DNA of 64,000 nucleotides from an uncultured Sphaerobacteraceae bacterium (GCA_964371945.1 CAYJPA010000023.1:37-64036), one strand, 5' to 3'; numbered from the stretch's first letter, positions 28,301-39,539 are shown. Notes: generated by a model from the letters alone, not told the origin. Numbers and translations are program-made.

Positions 28301-29577
28301 ACCATTCTCAAGAGTTCGGTGAAGGGCTTGGGGTCGTCATAAGGTCCGATCAGAGCCAGGCTGAGCTTCTCGGGTTGAAAGATTTCGTTCGCGAGCTCCT
28401 GAACCTGTCGTGCGGTGACCTCTTCGATCTTGACCATCACTTCTTCCGGGGTTTTGATCTCACCATACGTGAGCTCCTGGCTGCCGACCCATGACGCCAC
28501 CGATCGGCTGTCTTCCAATCCCATCAGGAGTCGACTCTTGCGCAGGTCTTTGGTCCGCTGCAATTCTTCCGCCGGGACTCCGTCGTCACGCAGTTTGCGC
28601 AGTTCTTCGACGAGCGCACCCACCGTCTCCTCGACGCGCTCGAGATCGGTGCCGGCGTAAATAACGGCCTGTCCGATGTCGGCATACGGCCGGAAGTATC
28701 CGTAAACCGAGTAAACGAGTCCTCGCTTCTCGCGAATCTCCTGGAAGAGCCGGGAGCTCATGCCGGACGAGAGAATCGCCTCGATCGTGCCTTGGACATA
28801 TCGGCGCTCGGTCGAGTATGAGAGCGCCGGCATCGCCAGGCAGAGATGAGCCTGTTCAGTTTCGCGATCGACCAGTCGAACCCGCGACTCGTTCTGGTCG
28901 CTCACGGTCAGGTCGAATGCATCTCCGGGTCCGGTCGCCTGGAGGTCACCGAAGTAGCGCCCCGTCAGTTCGACGACCTGTTCGTGGGTGATGTCGCCGC
29001 CGGCGGCAACAACCAATCGCTCCGGCCGGTAGTTGTTGCGCCAAAAATCCACCATTTGGTCGCGATCGATGTTCGTGACGGTCTCCTCAGTGCCGGCGAT
29101 CGGTCTTCCAATGCCTTGATCGCCCCAAACCACTTCGTCGATCACATCGTGCACAAGATCTTCCGGCGAGTCTTGAACGGAACGGATCTCCTCGATGATG
29201 ACTGAACGCTCTTTGTCGAGCTCAGCAGCATCGATCACCGAATTGCGCAGGATGTCGGCGAGCACCTCGAATGCGAGCGGAAAGTGCGTACTTGGAACCT
29301 TGCACCAGTAATTGGTCGATTCCCGGCCGGTCGCGGCATTCAGCATGCCGCCGACGCCCTCGATCTCCTGGGAGACCATCATCGGGTCAGGTCGCTTTTC
29401 GGTGCCCTTGAAGAGCATATGCTCCAAGAAGTGAGAGACGCCCTGGATCCTCGGCCGCTCGTAGCGGGAGCCGACACCGTAGTAGAAGATGAGGCTGGCT
29501 GAACGGACGCCGGTCATCGGGCCGGTCACGATCCGGACGCCGTTCGGAAGCACCGTTCTGTAATACATCTCGGACAA
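28297..29577 (-). CDS. M16 (pitrilysin) family Zn peptidase
   Basis: GVSHFLEHMLFKGT (HxxEH), SSRLFQEIREKRGLVY. Confidence 0.95.
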   Translation of the reverse strand: MSEMYYRTVLPNGVRIVTGPMTGVRSASLIFYYGVGSRYERPRIQGVSHFLEHMLFKGTEKRPDPMMVSQEIEGVGGMLNAATGRESTNYWCKVPSTHFPLAFEVLADILRNSVIDAAELDKERSVIIEEIRSVQDSPEDLVHDVIDEVVWGDQGIGRPIAGTEETVTNIDRDQMVDFWRNNYRPERLVVAAGGDITHEQVVELTGRYFGDLQATGPGDAFDLTVSDQNESRVRLVDRETEQAHLCLAMPALSYSTERRYVQGTIEAILSSGMSSRLFQEIREKRGLVYSVYGYFRPYADIGQAVIYAGTDLERVEETVGALVEELRKLRDDGVPAEELQRTKDLRKSRLLMGLEDSRSVASWVGSQELTYGEIKTPEEVMVKIEEVTARQVQELANEIFQPEKLSLALIGPYDDPKPFTELLRMV

Positions 29578-29588
29578 CGAAAATCTCC

Positions 29589-30194
29589 TTACGTACGATT
29601 GTCGATTGATGGTGTACCTAGCTGCTCGACAGCGTCGACCAGGAGATGCAATGCGCGATCGACCGCCGCGTTGACCACGGCAGTTCGGTCGCCGGAAAAA
29701 TGATGCTCCTCCACTCTCGTTTGCTGAGAGGTCGCAAGACCAATGAAGACGAGTCCGACCGGCTTCCGGGCGGTCGCGCCGCCGGGACCGGCGATACCAG
29801 TCGTCGAAACGGCGATGCCGGCGTCAAACAGCCCGCGGGCGCCATTGGCCATCGCTTCCGCACATTCGGCACTGACGGCACCGGCAGATTCAAGAAGGGA
29901 ACCGGGGACTCCGAGCAGTTTCGTCTTTGCGGAATTGGAATAGGTAACCGCGCTGCCCTGGAAATAGTCCGAGCTTCCGGCGATCGAGGTGATGCGGTGC
30001 GCGATTTCACCCCCGGTACAAGATTCCGCCGCCGCGAGCTGGAGAGCGGTGCTTCCAGCCAGGAGCTGGTTCAACCGCACTTCCAGCCGTAATTCCGACG
30101 ACGACATTGGCTCGGGGACGATGGAATCAATCATGGCATGCAACACCGGTTTTGGCGGCGGTGTCTGGCCTGGAGCCAATCTGATTGTGGACAA
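29589..30194 (-). CDS. CinA C-terminal domain protein (NMN amidohydrolase, PncC-like)
   Basis: AAAESCTGG, GSSDYF, VSTTGIAGPGG, KPVGLVFI. Confidence 0.9.
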   Translation of the reverse strand: MSTIRLAPGQTPPPKPVLHAMIDSIVPEPMSSSELRLEVRLNQLLAGSTALQLAAAESCTGGEIAHRITSIAGSSDYFQGSAVTYSNSAKTKLLGVPGSLLESAGAVSAECAEAMANGARGLFDAGIAVSTTGIAGPGGATARKPVGLVFIGLATSQQTRVEEHHFSGDRTAVVNAAVDRALHLLVDAVEQLGTPSIDNRT

Positions 30195-30272
30195 TTCGGG
30201 TTACCCATACTGGCCCGCGAGTATACCAGTCCAATTGCCTATCCAATCTTTCCGGGGGCAATCAAGCAACAT

Positions 30273-30818
30273 ATGAACAGCAGCTTCGATCCAGCGCTGA
30301 TTCGATTTCGTGAGATGGTCGAGACCGACCTGTCGCTCATGCATCGCTGGCTCAATCAGGGCGAAGTTCTGCATTGGTATGCGCAGGAACCGCAAACTTG
30401 CGAAGATGTTGAGCGCGCGTACGGTCCTCGACTTGGTGGACAGAGCGATGTGCTCTCCCTGATCGCCGAGTATGACGAGGTGCCTATCGGCTACGTCCAG
30501 CGCTACTTTACGCGGGATCATCCCGACTTCTGGGGCGAGCAGGATCTAGCCGACGACACGGCGGGGATCGATCTCTTCATTGGTGAGGAGCGCTTTCAGC
30601 ATCGCGGACTGGGATCCTTACTGGTGAGGGCAATGCTTCGCGAAGTCGTCTTTGGCGACGAATCGACGGGCCGATGCATCATTGATCCGTTTCCGGACAA
30701 CGCGATCGCTATCAGAGCCTATGAAAAGGCCGGGTTTCGCTATTTGCGCACGTTGCTGCCGCCTGAGCATGTCGATCCCTGCTATTTGATGGTCATCGAA
30801 CGAGAGGACGTGAGATGA
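30273..30818 (+). CDS. GNAT acetyltransferase, AAC(6')-like
   Basis: WLNQGEVLHWY, PIGYVQ, GIDLFIGE...RGLG, IIDP..DNAIAIRAYEKAGF. Confidence 0.85.
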   Translation: MNSSFDPALIRFREMVETDLSLMHRWLNQGEVLHWYAQEPQTCEDVERAYGPRLGGQSDVLSLIAEYDEVPIGYVQRYFTRDHPDFWGEQDLADDTAGIDLFIGEERFQHRGLGSLLVRAMLREVVFGDESTGRCIIDPFPDNAIAIRAYEKAGFRYLRTLLPPEHVDPCYLMVIEREDVR

Positions 30819-31037
30819 CCGGTCGACCGGCTCACGGGAAGTCAACTTTGGGGAAGCGCCGTGAATGTGACTGTTGTTTTGACACGCTACTCTTCAGGCG
30901 CTCCCCGTACATGTCTTTGACACGATTAGCGGCTCGGCTGTTGCTATTGTCGAGAGGGGATAGCAGGGATAATCGAGTCGTCGAACGATGCCGCTTTCGG
31001 GCCGAGAAACGACAACCGTTCGCGAAAGAGGATCGCC

Positions 31038-31370
31038 ATGAATGCCACCCAACACCAACCCGGTCTCTTTTGGCGGCTCGATCAGCCGACGATCGAGCGA
31101 GTGCTTGTCCACGAAGGATGGCAGCCGGCTCTCGTGAACGACCCACCAGGACAGGTCTACCCAATTCATCAACACCCCACGACAAAGTTAATTGCGGTGG
31201 TTCATGGCAGCATGGAGGTCAAAGTCGGAGTGAGCACCTATCGGTGCCTACCGGGAGACAAACTCGTGATCCCCGGTTATCAGGAGCACGCCGCTTTGGT
31301 CGGACCCGAAGGGTGCAGTTTTTTCTGGAGTGAGGCGATGCTCGACGCTCAAATGGCAGCCGCCGAGTAA
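31038..31370 (+). CDS. Cupin domain protein
   Basis: YPIHQHP...VVHGSM...PGD...IP..QEH. Confidence 0.8.
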   Translation: MNATQHQPGLFWRLDQPTIERVLVHEGWQPALVNDPPGQVYPIHQHPTTKLIAVVHGSMEVKVGVSTYRCLPGDKLVIPGYQEHAALVGPEGCSFFWSEAMLDAQMAAAE

Positions 31371-31466
31371 CAGCGATAGGCACAACAACCGCCACTTGCA
31401 AACTGAGATGGATCGACCGATAATTGAGTTGTTGGTCCAGAATTATTTTTCTTGGCGGTTGCACAG

Positions 31467-31928
31467 ATGACTACGCCGGCGAACTTGCCCACCACCCGTC
31501 CTAAGGTCGATCTCACGGCCCTCCGCACGAGCCAGGTGTTGATTATTGCGTTCGTTGTTCTGGCCTATATTCTTGGCGCCGGCAATGGCGGGGCGTTGAT
31601 CGTTGGCGCGGTTGCAATTTCGATGGCGATCGGAGTCGTCCGGCCAGGACATGGTCCATTTCAGTTGCTTTACAAACACGCGGTGATTGCGACCGGGCTG
31701 GTGAAACCGAAGATCCGTCAGAAGGACCCCGCTCCGCATCGGTTCGCGCAGTCGGTCGGCGCCTCGTTTCTTGCAGTCTCGACTGTCTTCCTGATCGCCG
31801 GCGCGACCACAGCCGGCTGGATTCTCGCCTGGATCGTCTTCACGCTGGCGCTGGTCAATCTCGTGTTCGGCTTCTGCGCCGGCTGCTTCATGTTTTATCA
31901 ACTTCACAAATCGGGGCTCGTTTCGTGA
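31467..31928 (+). CDS. DUF4395 family membrane protein
   Basis: PAPHRFAQSVG and LVNLVFGFCAGC motifs. Confidence 0.88.
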   Translation: MTTPANLPTTRPKVDLTALRTSQVLIIAFVVLAYILGAGNGGALIVGAVAISMAIGVVRPGHGPFQLLYKHAVIATGLVKPKIRQKDPAPHRFAQSVGASFLAVSTVFLIAGATTAGWILAWIVFTLALVNLVFGFCAGCFMFYQLHKSGLVS

Positions 31929-32326
31929 TCGAGCGTTTTCTTTTCGCGGGCGCCATTACGATCGCCGCGCTTTTCCTGGGGCTCTTGGTGCGAGCGTATG
32001 TACGACATCGAACAGTTGCTCGATCAGCGTCGGCTATCGTTCCGATTTCGAATGGAGCGTTACCGAGGCTACTCGTCTTTTCGAGCAGGTGGTGCTCGGA
32101 CTGTTTGACTCAACGATCCGTGATCGAGGAGTCGCGGGATTCATGGACGCGCCCGATCGATGTCACCTACCACGACGCAGTCAACGAACGGGAACTCGCC
32201 GGCCGATTCGGAATCTTGATGGTTCCCGCGCTGGTCGTAGCATCCTCGGATGGGCGTGTCCTTGATGTCAGACAAGGACTGGTCGACGAGGATCGGTTAC
32301 GATCTCTGATCGACGCGGCCGCTTAA
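31925..32326 (+). CDS. Membrane-anchored thioredoxin family protein
   Basis: N-terminal TM, FSSRWCSDC, FGILMVP; overlaps the upstream stop. Confidence 0.85.
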   Translation: MIERFLFAGAITIAALFLGLLVRAYVRHRTVARSASAIVPISNGALPRLLVFSSRWCSDCLTQRSVIEESRDSWTRPIDVTYHDAVNERELAGRFGILMVPALVVASSDGRVLDVRQGLVDEDRLRSLIDAAA

Positions 32327-32359
32327 GGCCGCCATTATCAAGATCAGGATTCACCCACG

Positions 32360-32887
32360 ATGACTACCCGCGAGTCTGTCCGCGAGCGCCAGGCACCGCT
32401 CAAAGAGAGCTACAAAATCGACCCTTCAGCCGCCAAGCAGGTCACCCGCGTGTTCAGCACCACGACGGGCTCAGATCCGATGCGGGTTCAGATCGGCACC
32501 GACGCAGGCCAGACTCGGATCGACGCGGTCGCGCACCCATCAGCCGGCGGTTATCACGATGCGGCCTGCTCCGGCGACATCTTGATCGCGTCGTACGCGG
32601 CATGCCAGGAGATCACGTTGCGACTGGTCGCGGTCGCGATGGGGATCGACATTCAGAAGCTCGAGCTGACGGTGAGCGGTGATTGGGATGCCCGTGGAAC
32701 ACTCGGGATCGACCGCGAAACCCCGGTCGGCTACACGAAGATCCACACCGAGATCAAGATCGTTGCGGACGCGCCAGAAGAGAGTGTTCGCAAACTGCTG
32801 GAACGGTATGAACGCTACTGTGTCGTCGGCGCGACCCTGCGCAATCCGCCGGAGATTTCGACGTCCTATTCGATCGAAGTCCCCTAA
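32360..32887 (+). CDS. OsmC family protein
   Basis: ACSGDILIASYAAC, DARGTLG, ERYCVVGATL. Confidence 0.88.
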   Translation: MTTRESVRERQAPLKESYKIDPSAAKQVTRVFSTTTGSDPMRVQIGTDAGQTRIDAVAHPSAGGYHDAACSGDILIASYAACQEITLRLVAVAMGIDIQKLELTVSGDWDARGTLGIDRETPVGYTKIHTEIKIVADAPEESVRKLLERYERYCVVGATLRNPPEISTSYSIEVP

Positions 32888-34282
<1,395 letters not shown>

Positions 34283-34283
34283 C

Positions 34284-34787
34284 ATGACTGATATCGCTGA
34301 TGCTGGAACAACCGTCGCGACCGCCGGCGCGTATGAACGGCTGCGACTGCTGACGACCTACAGCACGATCGCGATGGCCGGGTTGTCAGATGATCCGATG
34401 CGGCCGAGTCATTTCGCGGCGATCTACATGCTTTCGCACGGTTACCACGTGATCCCGGTGAACCCGAAGCTCGCCGGGCAAACGATTCTCGGCCAGAAGG
34501 TGTATGCGTCGCTGGCGGAGATTCCGGAGCCGGTCGAGATCGTCGATGTGTTTCGCAAACCCGAGGCCTGCGTCGAGGTTGCGAAGGAGGCGGTCGTGAT
34601 CGGCGCGAACGTGCTCTGGCTGCAGCTCGGCGTGGTCAATGAGGAGGCGATGCGGATCGCGCGCGAGGCCGGGTTGGAAACGGTGCAGAACCGCTGCGTG
34701 AAGATCGAGCACGCGCGGTTCTTTGGCGGTCTCAACCTGGTTGGGATGAACACCGGGGTGATTACGTCGCGGCGGACGATCGAGTAG
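34284..34787 (+). CDS. CoA-binding protein (YccU-like)
   Basis: IAMAGLS...RPS, VIPVNP, IVDVFR, LWLQLG, NRCVKIEH. Confidence 0.92.
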   Translation: MTDIADAGTTVATAGAYERLRLLTTYSTIAMAGLSDDPMRPSHFAAIYMLSHGYHVIPVNPKLAGQTILGQKVYASLAEIPEPVEIVDVFRKPEACVEVAKEAVVIGANVLWLQLGVVNEEAMRIAREAGLETVQNRCVKIEHARFFGGLNLVGMNTGVITSRRTIE

Positions 34788-34815
34788 TCAAGCCTTCCTG
34801 TTTGACGCAAATGCT

Positions 34816-34841
34816 AATATCCACTGAAAGAGTGGAGTATT
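34816..34841 (+). promoter_or_regulatory. Candidate antitoxin autoregulatory operator
   Basis: TCCACT-N5-AGTGGA inverted repeat (flanked by AATA/TATT) just before the ATG at 34845. Confidence 0.35.
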
Positions 34842-34844
34842 GAG

Positions 34845-35123
34845 ATGACCAGCATAAATACGGACCTCACAGGGGGAATTGTCGTTCGAAGAGGCCAGAC
34901 GCTGATCGCTCTGCCAGAGTTCGAAGATGGAGAGCTTGTTACAAGATATGTTGTCGACGAACGCGGAAGTCCATCATCGACGAATGACGAGGTGCTTCAA
35001 GGTGCACTTGCGGCGATCGGATCGTGGAGCAATTTGGACTGGGACGAAGCTGTGGATGAGTTGGATCGCATCCGTCATGAGAGCACTCCTACGCCACCGA
35101 TTGACCTCGATGATGTTGTGTGA
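34845..35123 (+). CDS. Probable VapB-like antitoxin
   Basis: Acidic 92-aa ORF ending GSWSNLDWDE..DELDRIRHES.PTPPI; GTGA overlap with a PIN-like start. Confidence 0.6.
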   Translation: MTSINTDLTGGIVVRRGQTLIALPEFEDGELVTRYVVDERGSPSSTNDEVLQGALAAIGSWSNLDWDEAVDELDRIRHESTPTPPIDLDDVV

Positions 35124-35209
35124 ATGAGTTTCTGCTTGACACAGGTCCGATGACGGCATTTTTCAATGGGAGACTGCCCGCTGTCGCCTTGGTTGATTGT
35201 TGGCTGTAG
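35120..35209 (+). pseudogene. Truncated VapC/PIN toxin
   Basis: GTG start overlapping the antitoxin TGA gives MNEFLLDTGPMTAFFNGRLPAVALVDCWL*; LLDT is the PIN first-strand motif; the stop is the TAG of a GTAG element. Confidence 0.65.
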
Positions 35210-35259
35210 CAGGTCGGCGCTTCGCGCCTACCGCGGGAGGGCACAGGTCCATCCCCTAC
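35206..35259. repeat. REP-like composite element
   Basis: GTAG...GGCGC-TTC-GCGCC-TAC followed by GGGAGGGCACAGGTCCATCCC-CTAC (imperfect GTAG-footed hairpins). Confidence 0.5.
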
Positions 35260-35365
35260 GGTAACATCGGTATCACTTACCATCATCTTTGTATGAAATC
35301 CATCCACGGGCTCCCGCTCCGAGCGATTTGGCCGAAGCACATTCTGGCAATTCAATACGGAGTTG

Positions 35366-35908
35366 TTATGTCTCGTAGCCGCCGATGTCGAGGAGCCAGG
35401 CGATGGCGGCGCGGGTTTGGGCAATGCGCAGATTGAGCACGGTTCGGGTGAAGGCTCGGTCCGATTCGGAGTTGTCAGAAGCGTCGACGGCGGCGATCTG
35501 TTCGATCAAGGAACCCTCCCAGCCGCGGCATGATTCAAGCTGACCGGCGATCAGCTCCCTGGTGAGACACTCGTCGGAGCGACGGGCGAAATAGAGTTTG
35601 ACCAGAAATTCGAGCCGAATTTCTCGCGTGTGGCGAACCGGTTCGGCCAGCCAGCGCTGCAATTCGGAGCGGCCGGAGTCGGTAAGGTGGTAGACCTGGC
35701 GCGCGGGGCGGGAAGTTTGCTGCTCAACGCTCGATTTGACCCAACCGCTCTTTTCCATCTTTTTCAGGTGGTGGTAGAGCATACCGGGCTCAAGATGGAG
35801 CACACCGGCAAGCGGTTGCCCTTCCATGAAATTGCGGGCAAGGTCGTAGCCGTGCCCAGATCCGTCGTCGAGATCGAGCAGTCCCAATATCGCGTGTTCG
35901 GCCGGCAT
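35366..35908 (-). CDS. PadR family transcriptional regulator
   Basis: HAILGLL...HGYDL...LYHHLKKME..GWV...RQVYHLTDSGRSELQRWL plus Vir_act-like C-terminus. Confidence 0.92.
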   Translation of the reverse strand: MPAEHAILGLLDLDDGSGHGYDLARNFMEGQPLAGVLHLEPGMLYHHLKKMEKSGWVKSSVEQQTSRPARQVYHLTDSGRSELQRWLAEPVRHTREIRLEFLVKLYFARRSDECLTRELIAGQLESCRGWEGSLIEQIAAVDASDNSESDRAFTRTVLNLRIAQTRAAIAWLLDIGGYET

Positions 35909-36057
35909 CACTGATGGGGGCATGGCTCTCCGGAATCGCGACGTCACGATTGCCCATGGTGAGTGTATCCAATTCGGGTTCGAATGCACCGACGATTACA
36001 CTCTTGAGCTGACGACGCCGCGCGGGCCACGCTCAATTCGAATTCAAGAGGAAGACC

Positions 36058-36438
36058 ATGGCGAGCTCCAATCTAGCGCCGATCACGGCAGGCGAGCTAA
36101 TGACACGAGCGGTGATAACCGCGACTCCAACAATGCCGCCGGAGGAGCTCGCACGCCTGTTGCTTGTGAACGCCATCGGCGGGGTACCCGTGGTCGACGA
36201 AACCGGTTCCCTGGTGGGCATGGTTAGTGGATACGATGTAATCAGCAAAACCGGCACGACCACGGGCGAGATCATGAGTCGAGGCGTCGTTTCAGTGACC
36301 GAGACCTCTGGTGTCGAAGAGATCGTCAGTTTGATGGGACTCCACGGCATCCGGCGCGTTCCGGTCTGTAACGACGGACACTTGGTGGGGATCATCAGCC
36401 GTTCTGATCTGCTTCGTCATTACGCTCGCGGACGGTAG
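36058..36438 (+). CDS. CBS domain pair protein
   Basis: IGGVPVVDE..LVGMVS..D and IRRVPV...LVGIISRSD. Confidence 0.92.
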   Translation: MASSNLAPITAGELMTRAVITATPTMPPEELARLLLVNAIGGVPVVDETGSLVGMVSGYDVISKTGTTTGEIMSRGVVSVTETSGVEEIVSLMGLHGIRRVPVCNDGHLVGIISRSDLLRHYARGR

Positions 36439-36556
36439 TACGGACGCTTCGCACGGCAGGTCGAATCATTTGGACCATTGGCGTTGCATAGCTATGATAC
36501 GATGTAGCCGTAAAGCGCTGGCGGGGCGTGTACGTTGACGGTGAACGGGCGGGGCT

Positions 36557-37171
36557 GTGAGCGAAATACTCGCGGAACTCTTTTCCTCGAAGGTTCGTGC
36601 TGCAGTGCTTGGGCAGATGTTGCCACGCGCGCATATCGGTTTTTCATTGACCGAGCTTTCCCGAATCCTGGACCTACCGATCAGCAGCTTGCAGCACGAG
36701 TGCTACAAGCTCGAGCGGGTGGGCGTGATCAAGGGGCGGCGCGAGGGCAACTCGCGACGTTACCGCGTTAATGCAAGTTGCGAGGTGCTGCGGGAGCTGA
36801 CCGCGCTCGTGGTCAAAGGAATCGGCCAGCAGGAAGCGCTTAGCGCCGCGTTGGAAGACATTCCGGGACTGGAGGCCGCCTTCCTGGCGCGCGTGCTTCC
36901 ACTCGATTCCCAGTCCGATACGGATCAGGCCAGCGCGGGACCAATTCCGCTGGTGTTGATCGGTGAAGTTTCACTTGAGGCCATTGATGCCGCTCAGGAA
37001 CGGGTCGCATCCATTCTTGGTCTGCCGATGAATCGGATCGAAGCGGTTTTCTATCTTCCAAGCGACTGGCGGAACCGACTAGATCAGCAGTCTCAGTACG
37101 CGGTCTGGCTCATTTCCGGTCCTCGCAGCAACCTGCTTGGCGACCCACTCGAAGCCGGTCGCAAGGCATAA
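36557..37171 (+). CDS. Winged-HTH fused to a degenerate MNT/nucleotidyltransferase-like domain
   Basis: LFSSKVR...LTELSRIL....LQHECYKLERVGVI...GNSRRYRVN; the C-domain keeps the LVLIGEV strand but lacks FGS and DxD. Confidence 0.7.
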   Translation: MSEILAELFSSKVRAAVLGQMLPRAHIGFSLTELSRILDLPISSLQHECYKLERVGVIKGRREGNSRRYRVNASCEVLRELTALVVKGIGQQEALSAALEDIPGLEAAFLARVLPLDSQSDTDQASAGPIPLVLIGEVSLEAIDAAQERVASILGLPMNRIEAVFYLPSDWRNRLDQQSQYAVWLISGPRSNLLGDPLEAGRKA

Positions 37172-37284
37172 CCACCGTCAACTGCAGATCGCGAATGTCC
37201 GTTCGTCCCGGCCTTTTGCAAGGCGTCTGCATACCTTTTCCTATCGCCCATCTGTCAATCGAGCTTTGAGCCCGCTGGCGACCG

Positions 37285-37503
37285 GTGAATCGAGGTCGTC
37301 TCTTGGACCGCACGGTTGGACAATGGATTTTTGCCATAGGCAAAGAGGTTTTCGGGTCGGAAGGCGACAAGGTCGGGAAGATCGTCGCCGTCCATCCAAC
37401 TTTCATCGTGGTGGAGAAGGACTTTTTCTTTCCGATGGACTATTTCATCCCGATGGAAGCGAGCTCAGCATCCGAACCGCAATTCCCGGTCCACCGTGTT
37501 TGA
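37285..37503 (+). pseudogene. DUF2171/PRC-barrel-like protein, apparently truncated
   Basis: EVFGSEGDKVGKIVAVHPTFIVVEKDFFFPMDYFIP matches this family; similarity is lost afterwards and a stop follows. Confidence 0.5.
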
Positions 37504-37637
37504 TTCCGCGTCGACGATTATGCTTTGTATTGGTTGAGTCGCCCGGCGGAAAGGCCGGTTTCGCCTAACTCACCGTTGACGGCAGGTCGTTGAGTCGACG
37601 AAGAATAAGCGCTCTGCCGGAAGGAGCACACGAGCAC

Positions 37638-39539
37638 ATGGTGCGAGACATCTTCAGATTGCGGCGGCGAGATCGCCGCGACGGCGATGCGATCCTCAAT
37701 CAACAGCAACACGAGCTGTTGACCGAAGAGCTTGCCGTGTTGGAGCGTCTCTCGGCGATCCTCGACGCATACCCGGCGACTGACGAAGACAAGAACGCGA
37801 TCACCGATGCCGCGGAGCAACTGACCTCGCTCTTCTTGCTCGTCATCGTGGGCGAGTTCAACGCCGGCAAGTCGGCGTTCATCAATGCATTGACCGGCGG
37901 CCCGATCATGCCGGAAGGCGTCACGCCGACGACCTCGGTCATCAACTTGCTGCACTATGGCGACACGATTACCGAACAGATGCTGCCGAATGGGATCATC
38001 GAACGGACATTCCCGGCGGCCTTCCTCGACGAAATCACCGTGGTCGATACGCCAGGCACCAACGCGATCATTCGCGAGCACGAAGCGCTCACTCAGAAAT
38101 TCGTGCCGCGCTCGGACCTTGTTCTCTTCGTCACCTCCGCCGATCGCCCGTTCACCGAGAGCGAACGATTGTTCATGGCGTCGATTCGGGAGTGGGGCAA
38201 GAAAATCACGGTCATCATCAACAAAATCGATACCATCAAATCCGAAGAGGATATTCAGAAGATCGCCGAGTTCGTGCAAGAGAACATCGAGCGATTGCTC
38301 GGGTTCCGGCCCGAGATCTTCCCCGTGTCGGCTTTACTGGCACAACAGTCGAAGACCCTGGGCGATCGTAATCCATCCGAGCGCGATCGGCTGTGGGTCC
38401 AGAGCCGGTTCGGGTCCCTGGAAACGTACATTCTGGAAACGCTCGACGAAGAGGGACGAATCAGACTGAAGCTACTCAGTCCATTGGGTATTGGGACTCA
38501 CCTCGCCGATCGCTATCTCAGGGCCACAGCGGACCGGCTAACCATCCTGCAGGACGACGTCACCACGATCCAAAACATCGACCGCCAGCTCCTCCTTTAT
38601 CAAGAGGATATGCGCCGTCAGTTTGCTTATCACCTGACCCGAATCGAGAACATCATCGGGAAGATGAACGCCCGCGGCGACGAGTTCTTCGAAGAGACGA
38701 TCCGGCTCGGACGGATCTTCGATCTCCTCAATTCCGACAAGATCAGACTCGATTTTGAGAAGAAGGTGGTCGGGGACACCGAAAAACAGATCGACACCAC
38801 GATCGACGAATTGATCGACTGGATGGTCGAACAAGATCTCCGCACCTGGGAAGCGGTCAATGATTATATCGACCGTCGACGGCTCTCCAAATACGAGGAG
38901 GAGATGATCGGCGAGGTCGGTGGACAGTTCAGGTACGATCGCAGGGCGTTGCTCGAATCCGTGTCGAATCGCGCGCATGAAGAGGTCGATCGCTACGACC
39001 ATCAGCAAGCGGCGCAGGATCTTTCGCAGTCGGTTCGGAGCGCCGTGGCGCAGGTCGCGGTGGCTGAGGCCGGCGCGGTCGGTCTGGGGGCATTGATCGT
39101 TGCGGCCGCAAGCACCGTGGCAGTCGACATCACCGGAATCCTGGCCGCGAGTCTCGTTGCCGGACTAGGACTATTCATCCTGCCGCGAAAACGGCGGCAG
39201 GCGCGCGCGGAATTCCGCCGCCGTTCTGATGAGCTCGAGCGACGACTGGCCGAAGTGATGAGCGAGCAGTTCGAGCATGAGCTCGCGCGCTCGGTCAGCC
39301 GAATTGAAGACGCGATCGCGCCGTATACACGCTTTGTTCGCGATCAGCAAACGAAGTTCCTGAGCATCGAGGAATCGTTGAAGGCCGTCCAAAGCGATCT
39401 GGGACGATTGCGGCAACGCGTCGGGGATCCAGACACGATGCTCTCCGCGGGCGCGATTCGGGCCGGAATCGAGTCACCGCCGAGACGCGCGGAACTGTCG
39501 CCGGCATCGACCATTTCGGGGAGCAGCAACGGTCAATAA
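37638..39539 (+). CDS. Bacterial dynamin-like GTPase (FZL/BDLP-like)
   Basis: G1 GEFNAGKS, G2 PTT, G3 DTPG, G4 NKID; long helical stalk with a hydrophobic paddle near residues 490-530. Confidence 0.92.
   Translation: MVRDIFRLRRRDRRDGDAILNQQQHELLTEELAVLERLSAILDAYPATDEDKNAITDAAEQLTSLFLLVIVGEFNAGKSAFINALTGGPIMPEGVTPTTSVINLLHYGDTITEQMLPNGIIERTFPAAFLDEITVVDTPGTNAIIREHEALTQKFVPRSDLVLFVTSADRPFTESERLFMASIREWGKKITVIINKIDTIKSEEDIQKIAEFVQENIERLLGFRPEIFPVSALLAQQSKTLGDRNPSERDRLWVQSRFGSLETYILETLDEEGRIRLKLLSPLGIGTHLADRYLRATADRLTILQDDVTTIQNIDRQLLLYQEDMRRQFAYHLTRIENIIGKMNARGDEFFEETIRLGRIFDLLNSDKIRLDFEKKVVGDTEKQIDTTIDELIDWMVEQDLRTWEAVNDYIDRRRLSKYEEEMIGEVGGQFRYDRRALLESVSNRAHEEVDRYDHQQAAQDLSQSVRSAVAQVAVAEAGAVGLGALIVAAASTVAVDITGILAASLVAGLGLFILPRKRRQARAEFRRRSDELERRLAEVMSEQFEHELARSVSRIEDAIAPYTRFVRDQQTKFLSIEESLKAVQSDLGRLRQRVGDPDTMLSAGAIRAGIESPPRRAELSPASTISGSSNGQ

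Noticed and set aside
30851-30924. Two TTTGACACG direct repeats inside a weak inverted repeat
   Set aside because: Could be tandem -35 boxes, but no correctly spaced -10 elements; too weak to call.
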